NCBI GenBank assembly: GCA_963833425.1
Contig: CAWHXP010000003.1
Span: 544,001 to 608,000, forward strand
From: an uncultured Methanosarcinaceae archaeon
Lineage (GTDB): Archaea; Halobacteriota; Methanosarcinia; Methanosarcinales; Methanosarcinaceae
DNA length: 64,000 nt
Direction of reading: 5' to 3'
Position numbers and translations under genes: made by a program. The notes below the pieces were generated by a model. It saw only the letters and a list, made by a program, of their open reading frames with translations. It had not been told where the DNA came from and made no database searches. Shown piece by piece: positions 1 to 13,694 of the stretch (positions within the stretch are counted from its first letter, which is position 1; every line of letters starts with the position of its first letter).

Positions 1-26
1 CACAAAATCTGTTAAGAAGTGATTTC

Positions 27-818
27 ATGATCTATAAGTTTGGACGTAAGGCTAGGACGTATAACCCTAAGATACCTCATATGAGTGCAATGGCTAGTCG
101 AATAACCTCACTCCCTCCAGTACCTGACCGTGTAGACTACACTAAAGGTATTACTCAGTTTGGCATGATGGTGAATGATAAACTAGGTGACTGTACTTGT
201 GCAGGCGTTTATCATGCGCGTCAGATCTGGACTGCTAACACAACTAATGAACGAACGGAGTCAGATCCCACAGTACTTACTCTGTATGAAGATGCATGCG
301 GTTATCAGCCTGATAACCCATCTACAGATAAAGGTGGAGTGGAGCAGGATGTACTGACGTATATTATGACTAATGGTATACCTCTAGATAATGGCTCAGT
401 AGATAAGATTCTAGCATTCTTTGAGGTTGATTTTCGTAACATAGATGACGTTAAGCGTTGCATCGATGACTGTGGAGTAGCGTATATAGGATTCAATGTA
501 CCTTATTGTATGTTCGAAAACTATGATCCTCGCCAAGGTGCACTTCCCTTCTGGAGAGTAGATCCTAACAACTCGAATGTGATTATGGAAGATGGTAACC
601 CTGCAGGTCATTGCGTAATACTTTGCGCCTACGATGAGGAAGGACCTACATGCGTGAGCTGGGGAGGAAAGTACAAAATGACGTGGGATTTCTTTACTAC
701 ATTTACTGATGAAACATATAGTATAGTCAGTAATGATTGGGTAACTATTACAGGTAAGACTCCACTAGGTATGACTGTTGATGAGTTAGAACAACAAATG
801 GAAGCCATTAAGGGTTAA
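27..818 (+). CDS. Papain-like (C1-fold) cysteine peptidase-like protein
   Basis: 263-aa intact ORF with GDCTCAG (putative catalytic Cys), GHCV (His) and SWG motifs in papain-like order. Confidence 0.6.
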   Translation: MIYKFGRKARTYNPKIPHMSAMASRITSLPPVPDRVDYTKGITQFGMMVNDKLGDCTCAGVYHARQIWTANTTNERTESDPTVLTLYEDACGYQPDNPSTDKGGVEQDVLTYIMTNGIPLDNGSVDKILAFFEVDFRNIDDVKRCIDDCGVAYIGFNVPYCMFENYDPRQGALPFWRVDPNNSNVIMEDGNPAGHCVILCAYDEEGPTCVSWGGKYKMTWDFFTTFTDETYSIVSNDWVTITGKTPLGMTVDELEQQMEAIKG

Positions 819-1510
819 ATAAGAATAACTCAGTTATGACAAAATTTTAGATTACTATGACGTAACAATTAACTTTTAGTATATTTCTTGCTTGAGAAAT
901 ATAGGAATAAAATTGAAATAATGTTCTACTGAGTATAATGTAAGCTCGAAATAAAAGTATAAAAATATTATACATTTTTCTTTTTAGACTCGTTGCCTAA
1001 TAATAATTACTTTTTACTTAAACTTCCCTTACTATAGTTATTACTGAATTTGATTACTTTGCAAAAATTTCAGAATAAGCATGTAAATCTATGGATGACG
1101 AACAAGCTATAATTGCTGGAAATATCCAAGGCAATGTATACGTTTTGATACAAAAACTGTGCATAAGTGAAAATAACATAAAATGAAATTTTGTCAGCAA
1201 AGTTATTGGCTCAGCATCTTATCTTTTGCAACAATCAAAAAATATAATAAATATCAAATTGCAGTTGACTTTTAAAAGGTTTCGTGCTGAAAATGGGTTT
1301 TATTCAGACACTATTTTTTTGTATCGTTAAATTCTATGGCAAAATAAATTTTATTCAGAAACATTTTTTAATTTCAGAAAATTTTATGATCTAATAATTT
1401 TATTCAAACACTTTTTTTGTATCGTTAAATTCTATGGCAAGTAAATTTTATTCAGAAATTATTTTTTTACAGTTAATTTAAAGAATTAAAAAATATTTTT
1501 ATGAATTGTA

Positions 1511-1599
1511 GGAAAATTCGATAAATCTCGAATTTCAACAAACTGTTTATATGCCTGTTATAAATAATAAGCCAAAAATTGGGGTCTCTCGCGATCCTC
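1511..1599. mobile_element. ~90-bp MITE-like element (IS5-type end)
   Basis: Starts ggaaaattcgataaatc; it is the near reverse complement of 3287-3377; the end resembles the IS5 IR gaggatttcgataaa at 34235. Confidence 0.6.
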
Positions 1600-1637
1600 A
1601 CTCCAAAAAGTAAACCAAACTGGAGGTTAGGGAGAAA

Positions 1638-3229
1638 TGTTAAGAAAAAAGGTAACTGAGGCTAATAATTTAAGCTAAATATTGGCAAAGAAAGAATAGA
1701 ATCCGAGTTATTGCAACGACCAGGTGTTACTGGTATAGATGTCGATTTTAAGTATGTAGATGGGAAGAAAACAGACGAAATTGCTATACGTGTGTTTGTC
1801 GAAGAGAAAAAAGATGTCCCTTTTAATGAGCGAATTCCGGAAACTATAGAGGGAGTTCGAACGGATGTTATCCAGCGCACTTTAGTCCTGCAATCACTAA
1901 GAGTACCAGTTACAGAGATTATTCCTCAAGCAGATGCAGGGAACTACAATCCTTTAAGGGGAGGTATTAGCGTCGGGCCGTGTAGAGTTATCAATGGATA
2001 TGTCTACGCTGGCACACTGTGCTATCGTAAATGACAATGCAACTGGCAAACCAATGGCTTCTAAGTAATTTCCATGTCATGTGTTTGGATAATGGATGGA
2101 AGCAGGGAGACACTATGTTCCAGCCCAGCAGAGTGGATGGAGGAAACTGTCAGGCTGAGATTGTTGGTACACTATCGAGAGCTTCTCTAGGTAGACAAAT
2201 AGACTGCGCAGTTGCGGATATCACAGCACGTAATTCAGTCTGTGATATAATAGATATCGGCAATGTTAGCGTACCGCATATGTAATACATGATATGACTG
2301 TTCGAAAACGCGGCCGCACTACAGGATTGACTTATGGCTCGTTTGATGGCATCAGCTTGTCTTTCGACATTGATTACGGTGATGGTATAGGAACTAAAAC
2401 ACTTACGAATCAGTTTACTATTCGTGCCATCAATACACTAAACCCAAAATTCAACGACCACGGCGATTTAGGTTCTGTTGTAGTTAACGATGCGTCAGAG
2501 GTAGTTGGTTTACTCTTCACAGGCTCTAACGAAGACCCAGCTATTTCAATAGCCAGCCCAATCCATTCAGTAACCAGTACCTTAAATGTGAATATATGCA
2601 TTACTAATATCACTCCGACTTTTGTCCCTCTATACCGCTACTGGAACCCTGGAGGCACCGACCACTTTTATACTACTCAATGGAGTGAGTTGGGAATTGG
2701 AAATCATGGATGGGGATTTGAAGGAATTCAATGTTATGTCTGCTCACAACAACAGCAAGGAACCGTTCCACTATACCGCTACTGGAATCCTGGAATCAGC
2801 GATCACTTTTATACTAATAATTGGGGTGAGATGGGGACTGGAAATTATGAATAGGGTTATGAGGGAATTCAATGTTATGTCTACTCACAACAACAGCAAG
2901 GAACCGTTCCACTATACCGCTACTGGAATTCTGGAATCGGTGACCACTTTTATACTACTAATTGGGGTGAGCTGGGGGCTGGAAATCATGGATGGAGCTA
3001 TGAAGGAATTCAGTGCTATGTACTCACTCAATACACAGGAGGCCAACTTTCTATGGAAAAGATGGCAATTAATATCCATGGGATCAGTAGCCAACCGTCT
3101 ATACCGTGGATATTCAGAGCATTTAAGGCTGGGTCAACTGTGAAAACAGAATTGATTCCTGAAACTTTCAAGATACGGCTTGAAACAAAATCGTCACAAG
3201 GATCAAACTCGTTTACAACAGGTGATTGA
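1638..3229 (+). pseudogene. Nal1-like trypsin-fold serine protease with C-terminal YRYWN/DHFYT (DUF5648-like) repeats, disrupted
   Basis: ORF pieces 1711-2034, 2031-2285 and 2294-2854 plus read-through to TGA at 3229; motifs SNFHV, DCAVA, GRTTG; the GDSGS nucleophile motif reads GDLGS; frameshifts and an in-frame TAG at 2852. Confidence 0.75.
2625..3025 (+). repeat. Three tandem 141-bp coding repeats (47 aa, PLYRYWNxGxxDHFYT)
   Basis: tataccgctactggaa recurs at about 2631, 2772 and 2913. Confidence 0.9.
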
Positions 3230-3286
3230 TTTTAAGGTACTAGGCATCCTTGAACCCTTTTAAGTAGATACAACTCTATTAATCTA

Positions 3287-3377
3287 GGGGATTGCTAAAG
3301 ACCCCATTTTTTTGGTTTATTGTTTATAGAAGGTATATAAGCAGTTTGTTGAAATTCGAGATTTATCGAAATATCTC
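3287..3377. mobile_element. ~90-bp MITE-like element
   Basis: Inverted copy of 1511-1599; ends gatttatcgaaatatctc. Confidence 0.6.
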
Positions 3378-3402
3378 TTTTCATTTTTTATTTAATTTTC
3401 TA

Positions 3403-3490
3403 GTGGATTTCGATAAACATCCGAGTTCAACAAATTACTTATATAGCTATATAAGCAACCAGCCAAAGATTAGGTTTTATTGAAATCATT
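3403..3490. mobile_element. ~90-bp MITE-like element
   Basis: gtggatttcgataaac ... ttttattgaaatcatt ends. Confidence 0.55.
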
Positions 3491-3648
3491 TTAAATTTGA
3501 CTGTAATTGAAAAAATGCACCGGTTTTATAGCAAAAGCTGTGCATTAACATATCAGTTTTGTAAGCCATGAGTGCTGATATGATTACTTTCTCAAAATAC
3601 ATGCTATTTGAGAAAATCTTTAATAGCGCATATAACCTTTTTTCATAT

Positions 3649-3846
3649 ATGCAAGAGACCTATAAGTTTTCAGCAGTAATTCATAAAGAAGGGAAATGGT
3701 ACGTATCATGGTGCCCAGAACTTGACGTGGCAAGCCAGGGGGAAACTATTGAAAAAACGATCGATAACCTTAAAAAGGCTGTGACACTTTCTCTTGAAGA
3801 TGAAGATTTCAAATCCCTACTGCAGGCTCGATCCTTACCACAATAA
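3649..3846 (+). pseudogene. hicB: HicB-family antitoxin, probably frameshifted near the 3' end
   Basis: MQETYKFSAVIHKEGKWYVSWCPELDVASQGETIE matches the HicB pattern; the expected C-terminus (IPTAGSILTTIIEV) is in another frame. Confidence 0.75.
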
Positions 3847-3858
3847 TTGAGGTTTCCC

Positions 3859-4085
3859 ATGACAAAGCTTCCAATACTGTCAGCACATGAGATTATAAAA
3901 GGTCTCAATAGTCAAGGATTTAAGGTGGTCCCACAAAAGGGCAGCCATATCAAAATGAAAAAGAAAACTTCGGAAGAAACACGTATAGTCATTATCCCTG
4001 AGTATAATGAAATTCCTGTTGAACTTTGCAGTCAATAATCAGGTGGTCTGGCTTGACACCTGAAGAGTTTATTGAACTTTTTTAG
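3859..4085 (+). pseudogene. hicA: HicA-family toxin, frameshifted
   Basis: MTKLPILSAHEIIKGL..GF...QKGSH motif; the C-terminal TLQSIIRWSGLTPEEF is in a different frame. Confidence 0.8.
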
Positions 4086-4200
4086 AGCCCATTCGAAAAG
4101 TTTTGTGATCTGTTCTGTAAAACATTATTCACTTTTTTACTTTACAATTTTTTTCTGGATATTTTTTTTTGGAGAGGTTACATTAAAAATAGATGGTTAA

Positions 4201-5026
4201 ATGAAGGAGACAATAAAAATAAAAGATAATCAAGCAAGCTTTACCGCAATGAAGGTAGCCTACATGCGTGCCTATCATTCCATACATGCAATTCAAAAAA
4301 TCTTTGACGATTTTCTGGCCTATGAGTTGATACCCGAGGAAAAAAGGCACTAATTGAACAACATTTAATTGAACAAAATATGATCTATGATCAACCGTTG
4401 AATGATTTTCCTTATACTGCATTGCAATCTGAGCCAACAATTATTCAAGAGTTTTAAGACAAGCAACCAGTAGATTGGAAGGCTTTTTCAATAGCCGTGC
4501 ACGATATGCTGAAGATGCTTAAAAAATGCAATCAAAAAAGGAGTAAAGCAGTATGTGATTCTTGGAGCAGGAATGGATACATTTGCATTCCGACAACCTG
4601 AAATAATGGAAGAGTTAGAAGTGTTTGAGGTTGATCACCCAGCTACACAAAAATTTAAGCTCCATCGCATTGCTGAGTTGGGATGGAAACATCCAACAAA
4701 ATTACATTTTATTCCTATAGATTTCACGAAGGAAAGCCTGATAACAGCACTAACTAGCTCATCATCTTATGATCCAAAAGTTAAAACCTTCTTTAATTGG
4801 CTTGGTGTCACTTACTTCTTGACCCAAGATGAAGTATTCACAACATTTCGTTCTATCAAAGAAATTGTTCCTGAAAATAGCACTATTGTCTTTGATTATC
4901 TAGATGCCGATGCATTTATTCCTGAGAAATCGTCCCCACAAATCCAAAAAACATTATTTTAAAGAGCACACAGATGAATATCCGGCTCACAAGCATGGGC
5001 ATTTTGCATGTGCAGTTGTCAAATGA
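4201..5026 (+). pseudogene. SAM-dependent methyltransferase (LCM/YktD-like), disrupted
   Basis: TAMKVAYMRA N-terminus; QYVILGAGMDTFAFR, VFEVDHPATQ and WLGVTY motifs; several frameshifts and a 3' deletion. Confidence 0.8.
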
Positions 5027-5294
5027 TTAGGTATAACATATCCCCATGAGAATTCTAATTTACCATGATTTTTTTTCTTCGCGGGAATTTGTTATATCAA
5101 ATTTAAAAATTATGTTACTAATTTTATTTTTAGTTATAAATTATTCATACCTACTACTAGATTCTTAGTCATACTTCCTGCAGTGTTATAAAATAAGAAT
5201 TAGAATACTCTGATTATTTTATTTAAGATTATATCCGTCATCAATATAATAACAGCTATATAGAACCTTTCTTTCAAAAACGAAGGACATATAC

Positions 5295-6249
5295 ATGCAA
5301 GCAATTGAAGTATCTCATCTCATCAAAAAATTCGGCTCTCTCACTGCAGTCAATGATATTAGTTTCTCAGTTGGCGAAGGAGAAAACTTTGTTTTTTTGG
5401 GTCCAAATGTGCCGGTAAAACTACTACCATTCGTATTCTGACCGGAGTATCAAGACCAACATCTTGAACAGCAACCATCTTTGGCTATGATATTGAGCAT
5501 GATACCATTAATGCACGGCAATCTATGGGTATTGTATCCGAAAATTCCAACGTTTACGACGATCTGACTGCATGGCAGAACATGATGCTCTCAGCTGAAC
5601 TCTATCATGTAGGACGAAAGGAGAGATAAAAAAAGGCTACCGAATTGCTCAAGAAGTTTGAGTTATACGAACGTCGCAATGACAAAGCGCATGGTTTTTC
5701 AAAGAGAATGAAAAGACGCCTGACCCTTGCAATGGGGCTAGTTAACAGCCCAAGTCTGCTGTTTCTGGATGAACCAACCTCAGGACTTGATATACAGAGT
5801 AACCTTATCATTCGTGAGGTGATTTCAGATCTCATTCTCGATGGAGTCACTGTTTTTTAACGACGCACAATATTGAGGAAGCAAATGTAATGTGTGATCG
5901 GGTGGCTATCATCAATAAAGGAAATATTATTGCAATCGATGCACCAGAATCTCTAAAAAAGACGTTCAAAGGTGCACAGTCCATAGAAGTATCTTTTGAC
6001 CGGAATTCTGCAGATCACCTAGATGAACTTAGCCACCTCTCCATGGTGAATGAAGTACAAAAAACAGGTGACAAGTTTAAGCTCTATACTGAAGATCCAG
6101 CTGAAGTTATTGATGACGTAGTAACTTATGCTCATACGCATAATCTTAAAATTATAAGCATCGCTACTCTTGGCCCAAGCCTCGAGGATGTATTTGTAAA
6201 ATTAACTGGTCTGCAGCGGGCAGGTGATGGGATCCATGCAATCGATTAA
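5295..6249 (+). pseudogene. ABC exporter ATP-binding subunit (DrrA-like), disrupted
   Basis: MQAIEVSHLIKKFG start, degenerate Walker A, LFLDEPTSGLD Walker B, PSLEDVF tail; internal stops and frameshifts. Confidence 0.85.
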
Positions 6250-7002
6250 CCAGGAGGGGTATGTAAAACATATTTCCTGTGAGAGACCTGCTGCGTGGGC
6301 AATTGCCAAAAAAGACATGCGGATCTACCACCTTAAATCAAATATTATCGTTGCTGGCATCTTATTTCCACCTTTTATGTTCCTAGCTTTGCCATTGGAA
6401 AGAATGCTTCTCCAGATGCCCTGATTCCGGGATTGATCTTGATCACACTTCTGTTTTCATCATCACAAATAGAACCAGTCTCAATACCTATGGAAAGGAG
6501 AGTAAAAACTTTTGAACGTTTGTTCTCGGCACCAATTTCTCTTTATTAGCTGGTGTTTTGTGAGAGCCTGAGTGGATTTTTCTATATTCTCAGCATCGCA
6601 TGTCTTCCTCTTGTAGTTGGTGTGATCATCTTCAGCACCCATATTGTACACCCAGCTGTCCTTGTGATTTCCATGATCTTCACAGCATTCTGTTTTGCGA
6701 CGCTTGGAACACTGTTCGCTGCATACCCTACCGAGAATGTGGGTGAGGTTATGTCTATGCTTAATACAGTAAGGCTACCGCTCATCTTTATCTCGGGTGC
6801 TTTTTTGCCGATATCTTCTATGCCACATATAGGTCAGAAGATTGCACTTATACCCCCACTTAAATATGGAAATGATATGATCTAATATGCGTATACTGGT
6901 AAATCACTTTTTTCACCGCTGTTGGATGTTGTAATGCTGATGATCTTCATCCTGATATTTCAGATAACTGCAAACTATCTTTACAAAATATTTAACGAAT
7001 GA
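6227..7002 (+). pseudogene. ABC-2 type permease, disrupted
   Basis: AWAIAKKDMRIY start, hydrophobic segments, RLPLIFISGAFLPI; frameshift plus TAG/TAA stops. Confidence 0.8.
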
Positions 7003-7190
7003 GTGATCACAACAAAATAATTTGGTGAGGATATTAAACATTAACAGAAAAAATAATCTCATAGTGGGATACTAGTTTTGCCAAAATGCTCTTGTTTGGT
7101 AGAATTCATCTTGAGCCTGCATTGCTGCATCAGAGCTTTTTCATCATGAATTCACAAAAATATTTATCAACACTCGACATATGAGAGTTT

Positions 7191-8310
7191 GTGAAACAGG
7201 AAAACGATTTCATAGTTTTTCATGGTAATCTGCAACAGTTAATGGAAAAAGTGGAAACTGGAGAGATGATCCCCAAGCTTCAGGCTTCCCACTCTCCAAT
7301 GTGCAAATTTTTTTACAGCCTATTACGTCATCAGCGGGATCCGTCATGTAGTTCCCCTGGTCCACGGTCCGACCGGGTGTCCGCTGTACATGTCAGATTT
7401 TGTAAGGACACGGGAATGCTGCGAGATCCGTGGAGTTCCATTAGAACCCACAGCTTGCACCTCGCTAGACGAAAGCTATGTCATACGGGGGTGAGGGAAA
7501 ACTACTGGAAGCAGTAAAGGAAGCATACGCTAAGTACCACCCAATCTCATCGTCATTCTCTCTTGCTGCTGCTCCGGGATCATCGGTGATGACGTCGAAA
7601 GCATTGCTCGCGAGGCAGAGAAGTTGGTTGGCTGCCGGGTGCTTTGACTGGGGACAGAAGCTGGGTGACTTGATGCAAGAACGGTTTTCGGCATTCCTTA
7701 CAGCCAGACTGGGCAGCCCTATGGCCCTGAGGCCACAAAGGAATGGCTGCTCGGCGTGGCAACACCTCTTGGCATGGAGGCAGCAGCTATTAAAGTGATT
7801 AAACGAGAGATGCAGGAAGTAGAACCGGGAATTGCATATTTAAGACAGGCTCTCTCCGAAAAAACGGCTATTGTAGAAATATCGGAATTTCCAGGGCCTA
7901 TACGAGCGCTTTCCATGCACTGATGGCAGCAGAGTTTGGTGCCCATCCTGTCGTGATCAACGTCCATCCATATACAATCAAGGAACGTATGCCCAGCATC
8001 AAGTTTCTCCTGGAAACCGGGGTTAACCCGGAGATTATTCTGACAAAAGGACTCTTCCGGCTAGGGAGCCTTCGATCGTCCAAAGAGACCGAGGCCGAGC
8101 TAGAGGCGATTGTTAAGGAATATGATAACCCTATCTTCTTTGGGAATTCAGGCCGGTTTCCTCCCTGTCCAGTGGTGAACTTAACACTCATGAACCCATC
8201 GTTTCAGCCCCAGTACGGCTTCCGGGGAATTAGGAACATCTCCGCTCTAGTCAGACAGGCACTTGAGAACAAAGATCTCCTCCGCTCTCGATTGTTTAAG
8301 GGGATGCTCT

Positions 8311-8330
<20 letters not shown>
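7191..8330 (+). pseudogene. Nitrogenase component-1-like subunit (NifD/E-like, Group IV), frameshifted and internally deleted
   Basis: Across frames: SHSPMCKFF, PLVHGPTGC, CTSLDE, GGEGKLLEAV, ILSCCCSGIIGDDVE, QPYGPEAT..WL and PQYGFRG. Confidence 0.8.
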
Positions 8331-10523
<2,193 letters not shown>

Positions 10524-10552
10524 AGAAATCAAGATATCATATCATTTCACGA

Positions 10553-10711
10553 GGATATCATGCCGGATGAAATGAGAGAGAAAAAAGGCAAATTAACTGC
10601 TCAAGAAGTTTTAGTTATACGAACAGCACAATGAAAAATCCATGCAATCGATTAATCAGGAGGGAGGTGTAAAACTTCTTTCATGCGAGATATCTGCTGG
10701 GTGGGAAATTG
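10553..10711 (+). repeat. Internally deleted second copy of the ABC-exporter operon
   Basis: Matches about 5602-5686 (tgctcaagaagttt..gttatacgaac) joined directly to about 6232-6305 (atccatgcaatcgattaa.caggaggg). Confidence 0.75.
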
Positions 10712-11332
10712 TTAACCTAATTTGATGCCTATAGTCAATCGCTCGCCAATAGGAAGTATTGTACTGCTTAAATATTGACAGCGAGCAATTTGCTTGATCA
10801 AACTCTTCATATTTTGATAAATTCATATCTCTGGCCGGTAAAAGATAATCTTCGGCCAAGAATACTCCACCTGGTTTCAGAAGGGTGACTAAATTATTTA
10901 ATAATACAGGGTAAAGTGTTTTATCTCCAACATCTTGAAATATTAAATCGAAGCTTTCTTTTAGAGTTGGTATTATTTCCTTTGCATCCCCGATTATTAC
11001 CTCGATAAGTTCAGCAACACCAGCATGCTTGAAATTTTTTATGGCTTGTTTTGCTGACTGCTCATTATATTCAATCGTAGTAATTTTGCCGCCGTATTCT
11101 TTAACAACGATAGCCATAGATACTGTTGAATAACCTATACTTGTTCCAATTTCTAAGATCCTTTGTGGTCGTACCAAACGTATTAATAGCTGTATCATTC
11201 TTGAAACGTCGCTATCTACCACTGTTCCGAATTTTGTGAGTTCTGTCATTTCAATATATTTTTTTTAGATGCTTCGTCGTTTTCATATAAGGTATCAATA
11301 TATGATACAGCTTTTTCAAAATTAATTTCCAT
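10712..11332 (-). pseudogene. O-methyltransferase (caffeoyl-CoA/COMT-like), frameshifted at both ends
   Basis: RILEIGTSIGYS and FDLIFQD motifs; ATG at 11332 is out of frame with the 11249 ORF; the expected tail TILPIGERLTIGIK is in another frame. Confidence 0.75.
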
Positions 11333-11459
11333 GTTTTCTACTTCTCTTTCTATCTAAATAAAGAGTTGTATACAGTAACTTAAGAAGCCATCCTCGGGAT
11401 AGGTATCAAATTTTGGTTGGTGGGTGATAAGATGTTAAAGTTCTCCTAAACAAAGATCA

Positions 11460-12521
11460 ATGAGAAATTATTTAAGGACTTTACAAGGAATAATGATTCT
11501 GGAAAATAAAGCTCTCGAAAAATTGGCTCAACTTGATAATCACGAAATGATTCGAACGATCACTCTTGAAGAGCACTTTACACACCCTGCATTTCTGGCT
11601 GGCCCGGGAAGAAGGGTCAATGAACAAGCCAAGATGACAACGAACTTTGGCTATGGGAAGTTTATCGAAGAATTGTCCGATCTCGGCGATAAGAGAATCG
11701 CAGAAATGGATACCGCAGGTATCGACGTACAGGTATTGTCGCATCCCATAATACAGCAACTCAACGCTGTCGAAGCCGTAGAGCTAGCTCGCGAAGCTAA
11801 TGACTATCTTGCAGAGGCTGTGCGACGGTATCCAAAGCGTTTCGCTGGATTCGCCACTCTACCGATCGCTGCTCCAAACATTGCTGCCGAGGAACTGGAG
11901 CGCATGGTTAATGAACATGGTTTCAAAGGAGGATATATCACCGGCCACACTCGTGGGCGCTACTTGGATGACAAATTCTTTTGGCGGATCCTAGAGCGTG
12001 CCGAAGCGCTCAAGGTTCCACTCTATATCCATCCAACACCACCACCGGAACCAGTAATTGAGGCTTACTATGCAGGCTTCTCACCAGAAGTGACAAGCGG
12101 TTTATCCAGAGCGGCATGGGGTTGGCATATCGAGACCGCAGTCCATGTTCTCCGTCTAATCCTAAGTGGAGCTTTTGACCAGTTTCCGGGTCTTCAGATC
12201 ATGATTGGCCACATGGGAGAAGCTCTTCCGTTTATGATGCCCAGGATAGACAACGTTTTATCTCCAAACATAACGAAGCTGAATCATCCTGTAGTAGACT
12301 ATCTTCGAGAGAATATTTACTATACGTTCAGCGGTTTCAACTTTACTCCGACGTTCCTCAATTTGTATCTTCAGGTTGGAGCTGACAGAATAATGTTTTC
12401 TGCCGATTACCCCTATAGTCCTATGGCTCAAGCACGCAACTTCCTGGATCAACTTCCTGTGAGCCCTGTAGATAAGCATAAGATAGCACATGGAAACGCG
12501 GAACGCATCCTACGACTCTAA
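11460..12521 (+). CDS. Amidohydrolase-family protein (ACMSD / aromatic-acid decarboxylase-like); start may be 11493 or 11547
   Basis: ITLEEH, LYIHP, IGHMGEALP and FSADYPY motifs; intact. Confidence 0.85.
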   Translation: MRNYLRTLQGIMILENKALEKLAQLDNHEMIRTITLEEHFTHPAFLAGPGRRVNEQAKMTTNFGYGKFIEELSDLGDKRIAEMDTAGIDVQVLSHPIIQQLNAVEAVELAREANDYLAEAVRRYPKRFAGFATLPIAAPNIAAEELERMVNEHGFKGGYITGHTRGRYLDDKFFWRILERAEALKVPLYIHPTPPPEPVIEAYYAGFSPEVTSGLSRAAWGWHIETAVHVLRLILSGAFDQFPGLQIMIGHMGEALPFMMPRIDNVLSPNITKLNHPVVDYLRENIYYTFSGFNFTPTFLNLYLQVGADRIMFSADYPYSPMAQARNFLDQLPVSPVDKHKIAHGNAERILRL

Positions 12522-12539
12522 CAAAAGGATAATGGAACC

Positions 12540-12817
12540 ATAGAACAAGATCATCGATCTATAAAGCGGATAGTTCATTCAATGTTAGTATTTCAGTCTT
12601 TTTGATCTGCTAATAAGACTTTAAAAGGAATTGAAGCTATGAACATAATCAAAAAAAGACAAATCAATAATTTAAATTACTCTGTTCTTAATGAAGTCAA
12701 ATATATTAATCAATTATTTGGTATAGTTTTATAATGTTGGTACATTTTTCTTGAATATTTTGATTTTTATTCATACTTATAGATTACATATTTTTTTGAT
12801 TTTTTTGCAACGGAACC
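12540..12817 (+). mobile_element. IS6-family 3' remnant with right IR
   Basis: Closely similar to 13414-13694 (IEQDHRS...); ends ttttttgcaacggaacc. Confidence 0.85.
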
Positions 12818-12840
12818 ATATTAAGTAAGTGTTTTTGATC

Positions 12841-13694
12841 GGTTCCGTTGCAAAAAATCCTTTCTACTGATACAATAGAATAAAAAGAAAACCAAAGATA
12901 GTGATATGCTATCTAATTCCTTTAAATGGAAGCATTATGAAGGGGGAATTATCCTATTAAATGTAAGATGGTACTTAAAATATGCATTAAGTTATAGAAA
13001 TTTAAAGGAAATGATGGCAGAAAAGGGAGTAAAAGTCGACCATACAACAATCATTAGATGGTTAGATCAATATTCCCCTGAAATAGAAAAGAAGATAAGA
13101 AGACATTTAAGACCAACAAATGATTCGTGGAGAGTTGCTGAAACCTATATCAAAGTAAAAGGTAAATGGGACTATTTTTACCGAGCAGTTGACTCAAATG
13201 GAGATACAATTGATTTCATTAAGTTCAAAACGAGATAGAAAAGCAGCAAAGCGATTCTTTAAGAAAGCTTTAAGTTTTAATCATAATCAAATTCCACGAG
13301 TAATAACAGTTGATAAGAATCCAGCTTATCCACCTGCTATAGATAAACTAAAAATTGATAAAATACTACCTAAAAACGTAGGCATTCGACAAATCAAGTA
13401 TTTGAATAACATTATAGAACAAGATCACAGATCTGTAAAGCGAATCGTTAATCCAATGTTAGGATTTCAGTCTTTTCGATCTGCTAATAAGACTTTAAAA
13501 GGAATTGAAGCTATAAATATGATCAAAAAAGGACAAGTAATCGATCTAAATTACTCTGTTCTTAATGAAGTCAAATACATTAATCAATTATTTGGTATAG
13601 CTTTATAATGTTAGTACATTTTCCTTGAATATTTTGATTTTTATTAATTACTTATAGATTTACATATTTTTTTTGAAGTTTTTGCAACGGAACC
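12841..13694 (+). mobile_element. IS6-family insertion sequence with a defective transposase (12906-13608)
   Basis: IRs ggttccgttgcaaaaa / tttttgcaacggaacc; transposase split by a frameshift near 13220; first catalytic Asp motif reads WRVAETY; YLNNIIEQDHR present. Confidence 0.92.

Noticed and set aside
1297..1468. ~70-bp AT-rich direct repeat pair
   Set aside because: Real but low complexity; it looks like a local duplication with no supportable function
2625..3025. CRISPR array
   Set aside because: The 141-bp units are conserved along their whole length and code for protein; there are no unique spacers and no cas genes
13189..13238. Programmed frameshift in the IS6 transposase
   Set aside because: IS6 transposases are single ORFs, there is no slippery site, and the catalytic Asp is also mutated
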